This document shows, piece by piece, positions 20,975 through 31,035 of a stretch of DNA of 64,000 nt; within the stretch, counting starts at the first letter, position 1; each line of letters begins with the position of its first letter. The notes below the pieces were generated by a model that saw nothing but the letters and a program-made list of their open reading frames with translations, was not told the DNA's origin and did no database searches. Made by a program: the position numbers and the translations under genes. This DNA comes from a virus (Duplodnaviria > Caudoviricetes), in the IMG/VR virus record IMGVR_UViG_3300037067_003427, positions 5,505 to 69,504 of that record. The stretch is one strand, 5' to 3'.

Positions 20975-21039
20975 ACCAGGGAATAATCGATAACGGTCTT
21001 TTCATTTCAAGTGAAGTATCCGTAATCTTCGCCACTGGT
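20975..21039 (-). ncRNA. Y-RNA-like module 2 (about 65 nt)
   Basis: ACCAG-TGGCGAAG-ATTACGG-ATACTTC...CCGTTAT-CGATTATTC-C-CTGGT; the two ends pair. Confidence 0.7.
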
Positions 21040-21046
21040 ATATTTT

Positions 21047-21174
21047 TGGGGAAGTGGGTAGGAGTCGAACCTACAGCCTCGTCATTATCCTTGAAGTAAC
21101 TCTTATCTTCGCTACCTTTCGGAGAACAGGCGATAAGAGAAATTTTCGCGCTCTACCGCTGAGCTACCACTTCC
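21047..21174 (-). ncRNA. tRNA-shaped Y-like RNA (128 nt): tRNA shell with a 65-nt Ro-binding-type module in place of the anticodon arm
   Basis: Acceptor GGAAGTGG/CCACTTCC + encoded CCA; T8A9; D arm GCTC-AGCGGTA-GAGC; variable loop AGGCT; T arm GTAGG-TTCGACT-CCTAC; the insert carries the same AGCGAAG/TTACTTC motifs as modules 2 and 3. Confidence 0.85.
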
Positions 21175-21203
21175 ATATTTAATTCAAAGATCACTTGGCT
21201 GCG

Positions 21204-21233
21204 ATGATACGCCATGTATAAATTAAATGTCAA
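21204..21233 (-). promoter_or_regulatory. Sigma70-type promoter for the Y-RNA/Ro60 unit
   Basis: TTGACA (21233-21228), 18-nt spacer, TATCAT (21209-21204); predicts a leader of about 20-25 nt before the tRNA-like 5' end. Confidence 0.7.
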
Positions 21234-21287
21234 GCACTTTTTTATTTACCCTCATAAAAAATAATACACCCTGTATGCAGAATTATC

Positions 21288-21315
21288 TTGACATTGATGT
21301 TTTTTGTGCTATAAC
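21288..21315 (+). promoter_or_regulatory. Sigma70-type promoter for the rightward operon
   Basis: TTGACA, 16-nt spacer, TATAAC preceded by an extended -10 TG. Confidence 0.7.
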
Positions 21316-21346
21316 AGAAGCCAAGAGAAAATAAATTGAGGCAATT

Positions 21347-21961
21347 ATGGAAAGATGGAAAGACATACCGGGGTTTGATAAATACGAAATTTCCACGCTT
21401 GGAAGGGTTAGACATAAATTCCATAAACATATTCTTAAATATTCCTATCCATATAACGGGTATCCGCAAGTCAAACTTTCTTTAAATGGTGAACATGGAG
21501 ATAAAGTGGGCGGAATTACGAAATGTGTGCATAGTTTGGTATTTATCACATTTGTGCGCTCTCTTTTAAAAGGAGAAGAAATAAACCACAAAGATAATAA
21601 TCGTGCCAATCCAGCATTGAATAATCTTGAAGTTTTTGCAAACAAAAAAGAGCACGGGAAAGTACATAGAACATTACAATATAGAAATTGCCTTGAGTGT
21701 GGCAAAGAAATTAAACCTAGTAGCCTTTATTGTTCTAGGGAGTGTAGGTTAAAAAACATAAACGTAGAAAGACAGTGTAAATACTGTGGAGGTTCTTTCT
21801 ATATTAGCAAAAAGTTCATTGCGTGGAAAATGAATGATATCAGATATGCTAACGGAGCCGGAATATATTGCTCACGTAAGTGTTTTTATTCTGACCGTAA
21901 AGGGAATCCAATCCGAAGACCGTTTTATCCCTTTGCTATAAAGGAATCGCGAGGGAAATAA
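21347..21961 (+). CDS. NUMOD4-HNH homing endonuclease with C-terminal Cys motifs
   Basis: ERWKDIPGFDKYEISTLGRV (NUMOD4); VHSLV...INHKDNNRANPALNNLE (HNH); YCSREC and YCSRKC repeats. Confidence 0.85.
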   Translation: MERWKDIPGFDKYEISTLGRVRHKFHKHILKYSYPYNGYPQVKLSLNGEHGDKVGGITKCVHSLVFITFVRSLLKGEEINHKDNNRANPALNNLEVFANKKEHGKVHRTLQYRNCLECGKEIKPSSLYCSRECRLKNINVERQCKYCGGSFYISKKFIAWKMNDIRYANGAGIYCSRKCFYSDRKGNPIRRPFYPFAIKESRGK

Positions 21962-22450
21962 ATATGAGTAATGAAATTAATACCGGCACAAAATACTTCT
22001 CATTTTCTATTTGTTTCATACTTATTATCGGGCTTATTATGTTCGTTCTTGTTCAGACCTGTTCATTTTTCTTCGGAGAAGATCGGCAATATGCAATGAG
22101 TTCAGAAGATCAGAGGGTATATTTTAAAGCTCTGGAACGCAAGATATTTGTAGGGCGTAATCATAAAAGACCGTTTATTATTTCTTGTGAGAACAGGGTA
22201 TGGAATGGAAAACAATGGATTAAGTTTAAGGATGTAAAATGAAGAAGAAAATAATGATCTGGAAAAAAGAAACTCCAATTTGGATTAACCAAACGCCGCA
22301 GTGTAAAAAATTTGGATGGTTGGAAAAAAAGATAGATGAAATAGAGGTTGAAGTTTTGGCAATAGTGGGGAAATACGCAATGGTAAAAAGAAGGGGTTCG
22401 GCAAGCTATATACCTATAGTTGTTTCAGTTAAAGAGTTGGGGGAAATATA

Positions 22451-22822
22451 ATGGAAAAGCAATCTCCAGCCAGAACCGTTCAGCTTGTTTGCAGGGATTG
22501 TCTTGGATTAAAAGATGCCAGAACGGACATCATAAAGAACTGTGAAGGTGATACGGCGCAAAACGGAGCTTGCCCTCTTTATCCATATCGAATGGGGAAA
22601 AGAATCAGCGTCAAGGTATTCCGAAAATACTGCCTATACTGCAATGCGGGAAGTTCACCGCTGATCGAATCATGTCCAGTAGAAACATGCCCTGTTTTTC
22701 CTTATCGCTTTGGTAAGAATCCGGCACTTACCGGAATCAACAGATCGGGAATACAGAAAGGTTCGTTTGGTGCTTCAAAAAACCCAGAAAAGGCTCGTCA
22801 AACCACAAATAAAGAAAAATAA
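22451..22822 (+). CDS. Cys-rich protein with an internal duplication
   Basis: CRDC...CPLYPYRMG and CLYC...CPVFPYRFG. Confidence 0.6.
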   Translation: MEKQSPARTVQLVCRDCLGLKDARTDIIKNCEGDTAQNGACPLYPYRMGKRISVKVFRKYCLYCNAGSSPLIESCPVETCPVFPYRFGKNPALTGINRSGIQKGSFGASKNPEKARQTTNKEK

Positions 22823-22997
22823 GGCGTTTATTTATAACTGACATAACATAAGGAGGGAAGAATGAAAAAGAAGAAAGAATTGAGCAGGTATGATCGTTTT
22901 GTTGAGTGGCTGGTAGGGGTTCTCTGCCCAGAAAAACATTTGGCTAAGAATCCGCCAAGGGGGTTAAAGAGGGTACGGAAAGAGAAGGAGGTTTAAA

Positions 22998-23612
22998 ATG
23001 GGATTAATGGCAGATGATTCAGGAAAAGATATAGAGCCTATCCCCGAAGGCGTTTATCAGGCAATTTGTTATGCTATTTACGATCTGGGAACACAGACTT
23101 CGGAACTGTACGGTGATGCACATCAATGTCTCATTAGCTGGGAAATACCGGAAGTCAGAATTGAATATGACAAGGATGGCCAGCATTACGATCTTCCCCG
23201 AGCCATATCCAAATACTATACGGTATCCCTTCATGAAAAATCAAATCTGAGAAAGGCTCTTGTTTCGTGGCGTGGTCGTGCGTTTACTCCAGAAGAACTC
23301 AAAGGCTTTGATGTTCAGAAACTCTTGGGCGCTAATTGCATGTTGCAGATCATCCATACAAACAAAAACGACAAAGTAAGGGCAGAGGTCGCTTCCATAC
23401 TTCCTCTCTATAAAGGATTACAGAGGAAAGAAGCCGAAAATCCATTGGTCATGTTTTCATTTTCTGAATATGATGGTGGGATACCCAAAAATGTTCCTTC
23501 ATGGGTAATGAAGAAAATCGAACAGTCAAAGGAGTGGAAACTCATCGAGCAAGGTAGTTCCCAGAACGAATCCGATGGGCTTCCTTCATATGATGACGAT
23601 GTTCCTTTTTAG
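22998..23612 (+). CDS. Phage single-stranded DNA-binding protein
   Basis: Acidic tail ending YDDDVPF; IYDLGTQ...SLHEKSNLRKALVSWRGRAFT family motif. Confidence 0.7.
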   Translation: MGLMADDSGKDIEPIPEGVYQAICYAIYDLGTQTSELYGDAHQCLISWEIPEVRIEYDKDGQHYDLPRAISKYYTVSLHEKSNLRKALVSWRGRAFTPEELKGFDVQKLLGANCMLQIIHTNKNDKVRAEVASILPLYKGLQRKEAENPLVMFSFSEYDGGIPKNVPSWVMKKIEQSKEWKLIEQGSSQNESDGLPSYDDDVPF

Positions 23613-24269
23613 GGTATAAGGGGGGATTATATGGGGAACAAATGGGATGAAATGAATGAAGCATACAAAGAAGCAGAAGCTACAATTAATTCTGCTGATT
23701 ACATGATTGCTGATATGGCAAGAATGGTTTCCAAGCGCCTTCGCCAAATTGATATGTCATGGAAGAATATCAATGTTTTGATTAAACTTAAAACCGAGTT
23801 AAGGAATTTTAACATACAAACAAAACAATGGAAAAAGCGATAAGGGGGATTATGAAAAAAAGCTGTTACGATTGTTTCAGTTTCATTACGAAAATACCAC
23901 TTATCAACAACGGGGATATCATTAACGCAAGACTGGATTACAAAAAGGCAACGGCAATATGCAAAGAAGGGCTACTTACCAAAGGAAATAAATGTGAATT
24001 ACGTGTCTTTAAAAACGTGCTCACCACCGGAAACAAGAACATGAAAACTTATGAAGAGGCTGAAAAATGTTCTTCATATGAGGGGGATGAATGATGAAAA
24101 AGATGCAAGCGTTTCTTGATAATATTATCGCTCTGGCTCAGGATGCAAAAGATGCTCTAAGGGAAGGCTCTGTAGTTGAGGATCATGATTGGCAATGCGT
24201 TTGTGGTCATTGGAATGGAGCAAATTTGTGGAAATGTCCTGTGTGTGGAAGCACGCCATTGAAATAAAA

Positions 24270-24285
24270 TTCCAGACATCTGGAA
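24270..24285. repeat. Dispersed 16-bp quasi-palindrome, copy 5
   Basis: TTCCAGACATCTGGAA directly before the RBS of the exonuclease gene. Confidence 0.95.
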
Positions 24286-24298
24286 AAGGAGGGATAGA

Positions 24299-25219
24299 AT
24301 GAGTCCTGCGCGTTGGTTTTCATGCCCAGATAAGTCAGAGATATTGATTGATAAATGCCTTTCGTTCGGTGGTTGTCCTTTTCCGGAACGATGCGCCCCT
24401 ATTCCTTACCTCAGACTGGTTGGTTTTGACCGTGAATGGCGTGGTGTTACTCCCAGTCAGGCCGGTAATGGTCCTCGTTTAATATGGCTGAAAGCAGTTA
24501 CTGATTACACTGTTGATCCTGAAGGTAGGGCATGGGCTGCATTGGGGATAGGAACTCACAGTAAATTGGCGGTCCATGCGTATAACGTTCTTGCTGAAGA
24601 AGAACTTTCCGATGAACTCCAAAAGGGGATAACAGACGTTCTTGAACAGGATGAAACCGATTATATTGTTGATTCGGAAGGCAAGGCGTGGAGGGGCGAA
24701 GGATATATTTTAACTGATTATAAAACATATGGAAGTTATAAAGTGACCAAATGTATCGGCATAAAACAGATCGAAGAAAATATCCTTGATAAAGACGGTA
24801 ATCCTATTCTGTATGCTTCTGGAGAGAAAAAGGGAAAGGTTAAAACCAAAAAGGTTTCCGTCATCGACCCTGCAAGTGTGGATCTCGCCGTGGAAGAGCT
24901 ACAGCTTAATTCCTACAGAATCCTCTTCTCCAAATACGGCTTTCATATCACCAGAATGAGATTGTTTGTCATTCCTAGAGATGGAGCTACTTTTGTTGCT
25001 GAAGGCAGAGGGATTACCAGAAACACCTACATGATCCCAATTCGTAAACTTCCCGATAAAGAGGTTCTCGACCATTACAGCACCCTCCGAAAGGAAGTAG
25101 ATGAAGCATTTAAAAACAAAGATGCTAGAATGTGTTCCAAAGAGGAATCGTGGCAACAAAGAAGGTGTGATCCAAAGTATTGTGAAGTTTTTGATGCGTG
25201 TAAAGGAGATAGAAAATGA
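24299..25219 (+). CDS. Cas4-like PD-(D/E)xK exonuclease
   Basis: N- and C-terminal Cys cluster (CPD...C...C; C...RRCDPKYCEVFDAC); GITD...LTDYKT; QLNSY. Confidence 0.7.
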   Translation: MSPARWFSCPDKSEILIDKCLSFGGCPFPERCAPIPYLRLVGFDREWRGVTPSQAGNGPRLIWLKAVTDYTVDPEGRAWAALGIGTHSKLAVHAYNVLAEEELSDELQKGITDVLEQDETDYIVDSEGKAWRGEGYILTDYKTYGSYKVTKCIGIKQIEENILDKDGNPILYASGEKKGKVKTKKVSVIDPASVDLAVEELQLNSYRILFSKYGFHITRMRLFVIPRDGATFVAEGRGITRNTYMIPIRKLPDKEVLDHYSTLRKEVDEAFKNKDARMCSKEESWQQRRCDPKYCEVFDACKGDRK

Positions 25220-25776
25220 CAGCAGAAATATATTTACAGACGATATTTGAAGTAATTGGATGTGCGGTGCTTACCGTGTTTATGGTATCCGTTCTAATCG
25301 TTGTTACATATTATTCATATAAAATGGCAGAAGTTCTTATCAGAGATCGGAAGAAACTGGCGGTAAAGATTAAGAAGTCAAAAAGCTTTAATAAATTCAA
25401 CGAACCGCTGAAGGCAGTTCCCAAAAAGGTAGCAAAAGCATGATAAGACTTTTTGATTACATAGACAACATGCCTATTGATCCACAACTTGTAATGTTTG
25501 TTCTTTTCGTGGTTGTTGTTTCATTGTTGATTGAACTTCTATGGAGGGCGAACAGCATCAAGACGTTTTCTAAATCATTCGCCAGAGGTATTGAGTTCGA
25601 AATTGGATCAATATCGTTTCGTGCAGGAATATATAATAAAGCAAGAAAACCAAGGATTAGAAAACCGGAAACAGATGTTCATGGGCGGCAGATTGACTTT
25701 CTGTGGCTGTCATTTGCCTATATCAGAACGGACGAAAGATTTATTGATTAACAACCATATTTGAAAGGCTTGTATT

Positions 25777-26475
25777 ATGATGGCTTGTATTTTGTGCGGA
25801 GGGCGTGGAAGCAGATTGGGAAGCATCACAGACAAGATTCCCAAAGCTCTTGTAGAGGTTCGCGGTAATCCGATTATATGGTATTCATTTCTAAATCTTT
25901 ATCATCACGGCTTTAGAGAGTTTATATTTCCACTCGGGTATAAAGGTGAAATGATTAAAGAGTACGTTCTCAAAACTTTCGGCCATCTTGATTGCGGGAT
26001 TCTCTTTGTTGACACTGGAGTTGATTCTACCATCGCAAGCAGAATGTATCAGATTAAGAATTCTATTCCCTGTAGGAAAGACTTCTTCCTTATCAATTCT
26101 GACACAATATTCGATTTCAATATCTTTGCCATGATGGGGATGCATATCGCCAACAACGCCCTTGTAACCCTTTCTTCAGTAGAAGTAACGGCTCCATGGG
26201 GGGTAATCTGTATGAACGGGGAAGAGGTTGTAGGTTTTGACCGTGAACGGAAGATACGTCATATCGCAGACGGTAGAATTAATTCCGGACTGGCATGGTT
26301 AAATAAAGATGCTCTCGATCTGGTCGACCTGAAAGATTTCACCGGAGATTTTGAAACGGCTATTTATAATGAGGCGATTAAAAGAGGAAGACTTTATCAT
26401 TATGAAATAAAGGGAACATGGTATCCAATAGACACGCAGAAAGACTTGGACTTTGTGAATAGGGAGATAAAATGA
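25777..26475 (+). CDS. Sugar-1-phosphate nucleotidyltransferase (RfbF/RmlA-like)
   Basis: ILCGGRGSRL...PKALVEV; LGYKGEMIKEY; VDTGVD; INSD. Confidence 0.85.
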   Translation: MMACILCGGRGSRLGSITDKIPKALVEVRGNPIIWYSFLNLYHHGFREFIFPLGYKGEMIKEYVLKTFGHLDCGILFVDTGVDSTIASRMYQIKNSIPCRKDFFLINSDTIFDFNIFAMMGMHIANNALVTLSSVEVTAPWGVICMNGEEVVGFDRERKIRHIADGRINSGLAWLNKDALDLVDLKDFTGDFETAIYNEAIKRGRLYHYEIKGTWYPIDTQKDLDFVNREIK

Positions 26476-27581
26476 CACCAGAAGAATGGCTTGATAGATA
26501 TGAGGCACGGCTTATCGTGCGCGGATTGGATAAAGAATTTGCCCATGCCACAAGACAAGCGGCAGAGGTAGATTTAGATTATCCGCCAGAGGGTGCAGCA
26601 GATGATGAAATATCTTATATGGCAGATGATTATGGACCTGAACTTGGAGGTGATTCATGAAACAGTCAGATCGCAAACTTATCACCGAAAAATTGCTGGA
26701 TGAGTGCTTCCATGATGTTCCCGATGTTAACTTTCCTTGGGAAACGCGCCATGCTGTTAGAACTTGTAATAAATGCGGAGAACAAAATAAATTACTGCGG
26801 CGTAACTTCGACACCCCCGCCGACTTCTTTGATGTGATTGAGAAGTTGGTTGAAAAGGGGGAGTGGGAGGATTTTTACTACTATTTTCTCGATAAATCTC
26901 CGCTTGACCATATGTATAATTGCATTGCATGGCTCCTATCTGACATTGAAAGATTCTGCCAGTTAGTAGCCGATTGGCTGAAGGAGAAGAAAGAATGAAC
27001 ATAGATGATATTGTTGAAATACTGGAATGTGCCAAGATCAATGTGGATAATATACTGAAAGTCGGAACGCCTATTGATGAACTCGTTAAGATGCAAATTG
27101 ACGAAGCTATAAAGATGTTGGAGACAAATGATGAACCCAAATAACTACGGCTCACAGCCCAGGAATTGTGTTGGAGACGGATTCATATTGGACACAAGTT
27201 CCCCATGACAGTCCAGACGGAGAAATTGATGAAACCATATGGGAATGGAAACTTACAAATTACCAAGCCTGTGACCCAAAAAGAAGTATCCCCGCCGTTC
27301 AATTCGCTGAAGTATGGAGGGAGTTGCCGGATGATTGGTTTGATATGGAGATGCTGTTAAAAAGATACGCGAATAATCTTCATCAAGACTTCTATGTGGC
27401 ATTTATTATTATAACCTTGAAAGATGTTAATTCACTTATCGAGCTTCTGATTTGGACGAAGGAGAGGAAGACATGACTTGGGAAGAGATTTTTGAAGATC
27501 AAATTAATAGCAGTTTTTGGTATCGCTATTTCAGAAGATTAGAGGGGAGAGACAAGGTTAGTAGAATGCTTCTAAGGAGGT

Positions 27582-27938
27582 ATGAAAATGACCGACGAAG
27601 TTCCATATTGGAACGAAAAACAATATCAACATAACCACTACTGGATAAGAAGCAACTATGGAAAGGCTGACCATTGTTCAAATGATATTTCTCATAAGGG
27701 GCCATTTCATTGGGCAAATATTAGTGGACTACACTTACAAAACATATCGGATTATATGCAACTTTGCGTTAAGTGTCACTCAAGACTAGACAACAAAAAA
27801 GTTACTCATTGTCCACGAGGACATCTATATGATGATAAAAATACTTATATAACCCCACTAGACAAGCGGATGTGTCGTATATGTGCAAAAGAAGCAACAA
27901 GAAGATACAAGGAGAAAAAATATGCAGCAGTTGTCTGA
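27582..27938 (+). CDS. HNH endonuclease with C-terminal zinc-binding module
   Basis: HWANISG...YMQLCVKCH; THCPRGH...MCRIC. Confidence 0.7.
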   Translation: MKMTDEVPYWNEKQYQHNHYWIRSNYGKADHCSNDISHKGPFHWANISGLHLQNISDYMQLCVKCHSRLDNKKVTHCPRGHLYDDKNTYITPLDKRMCRICAKEATRRYKEKKYAAVV

Positions 27939-28790
27939 TCTTGAATTAACCGAGAAGTGCGCGAAGTGGTGCGGGCTGAAAGTACAAATAGCAAGAGGTT
28001 CAGTATTTGTTTTAATAGATGAAGAATTTGAGCCATTTGACCCTCTTAACAACAAAAATGACCTATGGGATATCGTTGTTCCGAAGCTGCCAAAAGACAT
28101 AGAAGTATCTACTCAACAAGGCAAATACATTATATTTAAGGATGGTAGCTCTAAGGGAATAAAGCAAGGCAATCTTCCCGACCTATCCAGGGCTATTTGT
28201 ACCCTGATAGCAGAAATGGAGGAGTAATGACCATAAAAGAAAAATTATATAAACAAATTAATGAATCTTTCAGAGATAAATTAGACGAGGCAATGCGCGT
28301 CAAGGGAGTAGATGTTGAAACAACTTATAATTTTCTTGAGGGACATCTTGTTACAAAAACAGTTGATGGGACTGATATGACACAAGAACAAATGGAGTAT
28401 TTGAAGGGATTTTCTGACGGATATTGTGAAGCAATGCAACAGATTTAGTCGGAGGGTTACGGTGGAAAGAAATGGAGGGGTGATGAATAAAATGGATAAG
28501 ATAAAAGATATACCAAATTGGGAAAAAGAGTTTGATAGAAGATTTATGGATGACACTGATAATGGTGTTGGTTGTTTATGGGTATTCAGACTTAATCCTG
28601 ACGGGACAAGAAGTATTGCCTTAACTCGTGACATAAAGGATTTTATTACAGCTCTAAAAACACCATATCCAGCGGTAACTTCCCACCGTAAATGTAATAA
28701 ATGCGGGGAAGAAATGAGAAAACACGGATATCTTGAAGCTACAAACGAAGCAATTTGTCTTTAGTTATAACAAATAAACGAGGGAAGATT

Positions 28791-29504
28791 ATGAGTGACA
28801 TGATGTTGTTGGGGATTCTTAGGATGCCATTTGATGATTGCGGTTCCGTACACCTAATTCAATTAAAACATGCATGTGAAGAAGCTGCTAGTGTAATTGA
28901 AAACCTCCGAGCCGAACTCGCCAAGAAGGATGAGGAGATTGCCGAGCTACAAAAGGCATACGATAGAGTATGGAAAGATAGATACGATTTATTAGGCATT
29001 ACGTCAACAGATAGCCTTTTGTCAAGTGAATGGGTAATGAGAACTGCGAGAGCTGAGGTAATGGTGAAAGAGAAGGATGAGGAGATTGCGAATCTTAAAA
29101 AGAAATTCTTATCGGCTGAAAATACTATTGTTCAAAACAATGCTATTCTTGAAAGTATAAGTGTTATTTGTCAAAACGGTGCAGATGAGGCTAATATATC
29201 TGATTTTATGTTATCTTTTCCCGAAGTCAGAGAAGTGTTTGACATTAAAAATGGATCAGATTTTTTCCGTCTTAAACTTAATGAGAAAACATCAAAGTTA
29301 TCAAACGCAGAAATGGAACTCGCCCGCCTTCAAGCCCTGCTGGATGAATATATGGACGCAATTACTTGGGCTTTGGGAGCAAATGGAGATTTTAGATCAC
29401 GGAATGACGGTGAAGGGTCATATTGGTGGAGAAAAGAACTTCAAGAGCGTGCTGGCCTTGTTTGGAATGGAGAAAAATTCATCCAAAAGATAGGAGAGAA
29501 ATGA
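28791..29504 (+). CDS. Mosaic coiled-coil hypothetical protein
   Basis: Internal repeat KDEEIAEL/KDEEIANL; start moved to MSDMMLLG. Confidence 0.55.
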   Translation: MSDMMLLGILRMPFDDCGSVHLIQLKHACEEAASVIENLRAELAKKDEEIAELQKAYDRVWKDRYDLLGITSTDSLLSSEWVMRTARAEVMVKEKDEEIANLKKKFLSAENTIVQNNAILESISVICQNGADEANISDFMLSFPEVREVFDIKNGSDFFRLKLNEKTSKLSNAEMELARLQALLDEYMDAITWALGANGDFRSRNDGEGSYWWRKELQERAGLVWNGEKFIQKIGEK

Positions 29505-30592
29505 GCTTAATAGAACGTAATAAATATGGGGCAAATTATATTCCCGATCTGGAAGAATTTAAACAGAAGGTTCTCAACAAAACCATCATTCCTCATCAGG
29601 TAGAATTTCAGCCGGGACCGATGAAAGGGAACCTATGTTGGTTAAAGTGTCCTTATTGCTATGGGGGATCTGCAATAGATACCGGAGAAAGACTTACGGA
29701 AGATGTAGCGCTTCAGGTTATTGACAGCCTTGCTTCTAAAGGGGTTAATAAGGTTATATTCGCCGGATACTGCACCGATCCTCTTAACTGTGAATATATT
29801 GAAAATATTACGTACAAAGCATTAGTAAATAATATGACTGTAGGATTTAATACAAAACTTCTACGGATAAAGGAAAATTTCATCGGAAGGGTTCTTCTGT
29901 TTTCTACCCCAAACAGTTACATAAGCGTCAGCATTGATGCGGGGAATAACGATTCATATAATAGGGTCCATGGTATAAAAAGTGCGGCAACTTCATATGA
30001 CCGTGTTCTGGCTAATGTAAAAAGCGTTACAAAATGGGAAAGCAATCTTGATATTACCGTGTCATATTTATTAAACAGAGTAAACGGTGGCTTTGATGAA
30101 GTACAAAAATTCATCAGAGATTTCCAGATGTCTGGAATTAAATTGATTCGATTTGCGTTCCCGCAATTGCCGCGCAATGCTTCTCGTAAAGTAAAATCTA
30201 TGATTATTGCAAGAGCTTATCGTGATTGGTATAAGAAAAGACTTCAAAATGTTATTGATGAATATACTAACGGAGCTTGTCCGATAATTCTTGTTGATGC
30301 AGATGATGAGTATAATATCACTTCACCACGTACTCTTCCTTGTCTGGCAAGATGGATATATCCTACAGTAGGATTTGATGGATGGCTTTATCATTGCAGT
30401 CAGAGTTCAGCGCCGAACTTCAGAAAGATGGCTTTAGGGAATCTGGCGGAACATGACTTCTGGGAACTGTATTATGATTATAATATCACCGAAGAATACT
30501 TTAAGGATTTGGAAAAGAATATGAAAGAATGTGGTTGTAAGTGTGATCGGAAAGAGCATTTAACCAACGGGAAATGGGAAGGAGAATGGTGA
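29501..30592 (+). CDS. Radical SAM protein with SPASM/twitch-type C-terminus
   Basis: CWLKCPYC (CxxxCxxC); FAGYCTDP; C-terminal CLARW...GWLYHC...LGNL; true start MSLIER. Confidence 0.85.
   Translation: MSLIERNKYGANYIPDLEEFKQKVLNKTIIPHQVEFQPGPMKGNLCWLKCPYCYGGSAIDTGERLTEDVALQVIDSLASKGVNKVIFAGYCTDPLNCEYIENITYKALVNNMTVGFNTKLLRIKENFIGRVLLFSTPNSYISVSIDAGNNDSYNRVHGIKSAATSYDRVLANVKSVTKWESNLDITVSYLLNRVNGGFDEVQKFIRDFQMSGIKLIRFAFPQLPRNASRKVKSMIIARAYRDWYKKRLQNVIDEYTNGACPIILVDADDEYNITSPRTLPCLARWIYPTVGFDGWLYHCSQSSAPNFRKMALGNLAEHDFWELYYDYNITEEYFKDLEKNMKECGCKCDRKEHLTNGKWEGEW
30122..30137. repeat. Dispersed 16-bp quasi-palindrome, copy 6
   Basis: TTCCAGATGTCTGGAA inside the CDS (FQMSG). Confidence 0.95.
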
Positions 30593-31035
30593 GGATATGG
30601 ACACGGGTATTTTGACGCATATTTCAACTGCACTAGATATCATTCAATTTTGTATTGTTTATATAGCGATATTCATAACTATTCGTGCAGCTTCAGATAT
30701 ATTCAAATAAGGAGAATGGAAATGAAAAAATTTAAACCAGAAACAGAAGAAGAAGTAAAACTTACATCTACTCCAAAAGGCATGAGAGAATATATGATAC
30801 AAAATGCCAATAATTTCCCATTTCCGATTGTTTATCATGTTCTTAAAAGAGCAGAATACGAAAACATGTCTTCAGAGGATACCATGACCATATTGGCACT
30901 TAATGCGTTGGTACAGCTAGAGATTGTTATGGATAATTTATTAAATATGATTAGAAACAATCCTTCTGCATATATTGTAAAGAATACTGGACAAGGAGAT
31001 ATAAACGCAATACTGGGGGGCGAGAAAGTTAAGCC

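Noticed and set aside
21047-21174. A conventional tRNA gene, or a tRNA with an intron
   Set aside because: No 7-nt anticodon loop can be rebuilt. The 65-nt insert is too short for a group I intron and is made of the same motifs as the two downstream modules.
24299-25219. CRISPR-Cas locus (Cas4-like gene, palindromic repeats)
   Set aside because: No regularly spaced repeat-spacer array and no other cas genes; Cas4-like exonucleases are common solo phage genes.
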